A DNA stretch of 9,261 bases from Azolla caroliniana. Its lineage: Eukaryota; Plantae; Polypodiophyta. Every line of letters starts with the position of its first letter. The stretch's first letter is position 1. The DNA lies in NCBI GenBank assembly GCA_043228905.1, contig JBHGNT010001377.1:1-9261 (forward strand), written 5' to 3'. Shown piece by piece: positions 8,046-9,261 of the stretch. The position numbers and the translations under genes were made by a program. The notes beneath the pieces are model-generated. The model ran no database searches. It was not told the origin of the DNA and saw nothing but the letters and a program-made list of their open reading frames with translations.

Positions 8046-8751
8046 CCTTTGTATACAAAAACGTTTTCACTAGGCTTTTTAGTCTTGTTTTTTTTTATTA
8101 CAAATCTTTAAGTGCATATTACACCTTCACTTGTCGCCAAAGAACTAGACGATTTTGTTCATTTCACACCGAAAAACTTGAAGGCATCGTGCATGGCGAT
8201 CAATCTACCCATCCGTTCCATTCAATTTGCATCCGTTTGGTCTGGCCCGGTCCGCATCTTGATCTGGTTCGGTCCGCAGCCCAAGCTGGTTCTTTCCGGT
8301 CGCTAGTCGTCGTTGCCGTCTCGTCGGCGACATCTAAAACCTTTATAAGTAGCTAGGCCACACCCATTCATTTGATTAGTTTAGTTCAAGTCACCTTGAA
8401 CTTTGCATGCTCCACACAAAAACACAAGAATAATAGCTTTTGCTTTGCCTTATATATGGTGGGATCCTTATTTGTCCTGTCTACGTGGAATATTTCACAG
8501 TTTTTGTTTTTCTCCTCCTTTGCAAACTTCATACCCACATAACTTGACACTTAGTTGTCTGTTTCTTATGTAGTAAAGTGCATTCGAAAGCTCTTGAAGA
8601 TCTCCATCTTTCTGTACCAAGATTTTAAACTTATTTAAAATAGTATCTTCACTATTATTGATTTATATTTTGTGAGTAGAACCATGTTTTATGTGATTTT
8701 CACACCATTGCCGAAAATCTTCACGACATCCACCCCCACCAAACCGCACGT

Positions 8752-9261
8752 TATCGTGAAGAAAAACCGTCCACAAGCGGAATCGGTGCACCGGAGCGTA
8801 GGAACCGGCTCTTCATGCACGTACGCCTTATGTTGTACATAGAAGATCCTAGGTAGGTAGATTCGGTAGGTAGGAAGTTAATGGAAAACGGCTCCTTCCT
8901 TGCCTATAAAAGGAGGGAGACGAGGAGGGGGGAAGGGATCGCGGTTAGTGACGACGAAGTGTTGTCGGGTGTCAGCCGAAGGCTTCTCTCTCTTTCAAAA
9001 CTCCATAGCTTCTTTCTGTGCAGGTTTCAGGAGGCTCGCGCTGCTCTGAGGAATGCCCGAGTGCTTCCGGCAGCACCTCCAACCTACTCCTTTCTTTCTG
9101 TGCGTTTACGAACAGGCATCGGCATCTGTTCGCCGGCCTATTCGGTTGTAACCGACTTCGTGCTTCTTGCTGTTTGTCCTTGTTAATATATATATACATA
9201 CATTCGTGTCTCTCTGCGTCGGTGTCCCACTCGCGTCTTTGTGTCGAGGGCCGTGTCCCTG
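8752..9261 (+). other. TATA-containing, CpG-rich region: LTR or host promoter/5' UTR, running off the right edge
   Basis: CCTATAAAAGG at 8903-8913, a purine run, a CT-rich tract, an acceptor-like TTTCTGTGCAG|G (~9023) and (TA)n near 9186. No credible protein. LTR versus gene promoter cannot be resolved from this window. Confidence 0.45.
8905..8911 (+). promoter_or_regulatory. TATA box
   Basis: TATAAAA within CCTATAAAAGG, a canonical Pol II context. Confidence 0.55.

Noticed and set aside
8277-8308. Helitron 3' end (hairpin plus CTAG-T)
   Set aside because: The upstream stem (CAGC/GCTG) is only 4 bp, too weak to support the call.
8012-9199. ORFs 8012-8356, 8112-8306, 8881-9186 and 8972-9199 as genes
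   Set aside because: They are short, have no recognisable motifs, and overlap low-complexity or promoter/LTR-like sequence.

Overview
This window looks like eukaryotic, probably plant, heterochromatin-type DNA made of decayed, nested transposable elements. I see no intact host gene, rRNA, CRISPR array or prokaryotic system. From left to right: (1) a short possible LTR remnant (1-~202). (2) A pseudogenised Ty3/Gypsy pol on + (~236-2856; protease-RT-RNaseH-integrase), cut at both ends. (3) A ~3.5 kb tail-to-tail inverted pair of diverged copies (~2855-4318 on +, ~4452-6399 on -) of an element I cannot identify, carrying a decayed ~600-codon coiled-coil ORF with an acidic tail. (4) The 3' end of a Ty1/Copia element on - (LTR 6439-6991 with a compound microsatellite, PPT, and RT-end/RNaseH 7008-7553). 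(5) A further LTR-like segment with a 9-bp-periodic TGCA array, a tRNA-derived A/B-box element (~7974-8045), and a TATA-containing LTR- or promoter-like region at the right end. The least explained part is block 3. Its two copies correct each other's stop codons except one shared TAG inside an identical 24-mer. All alignments and counts were done by eye. I cannot claim a new biological system; an accessory ORF of a known retroelement is the leading mundane explanation.
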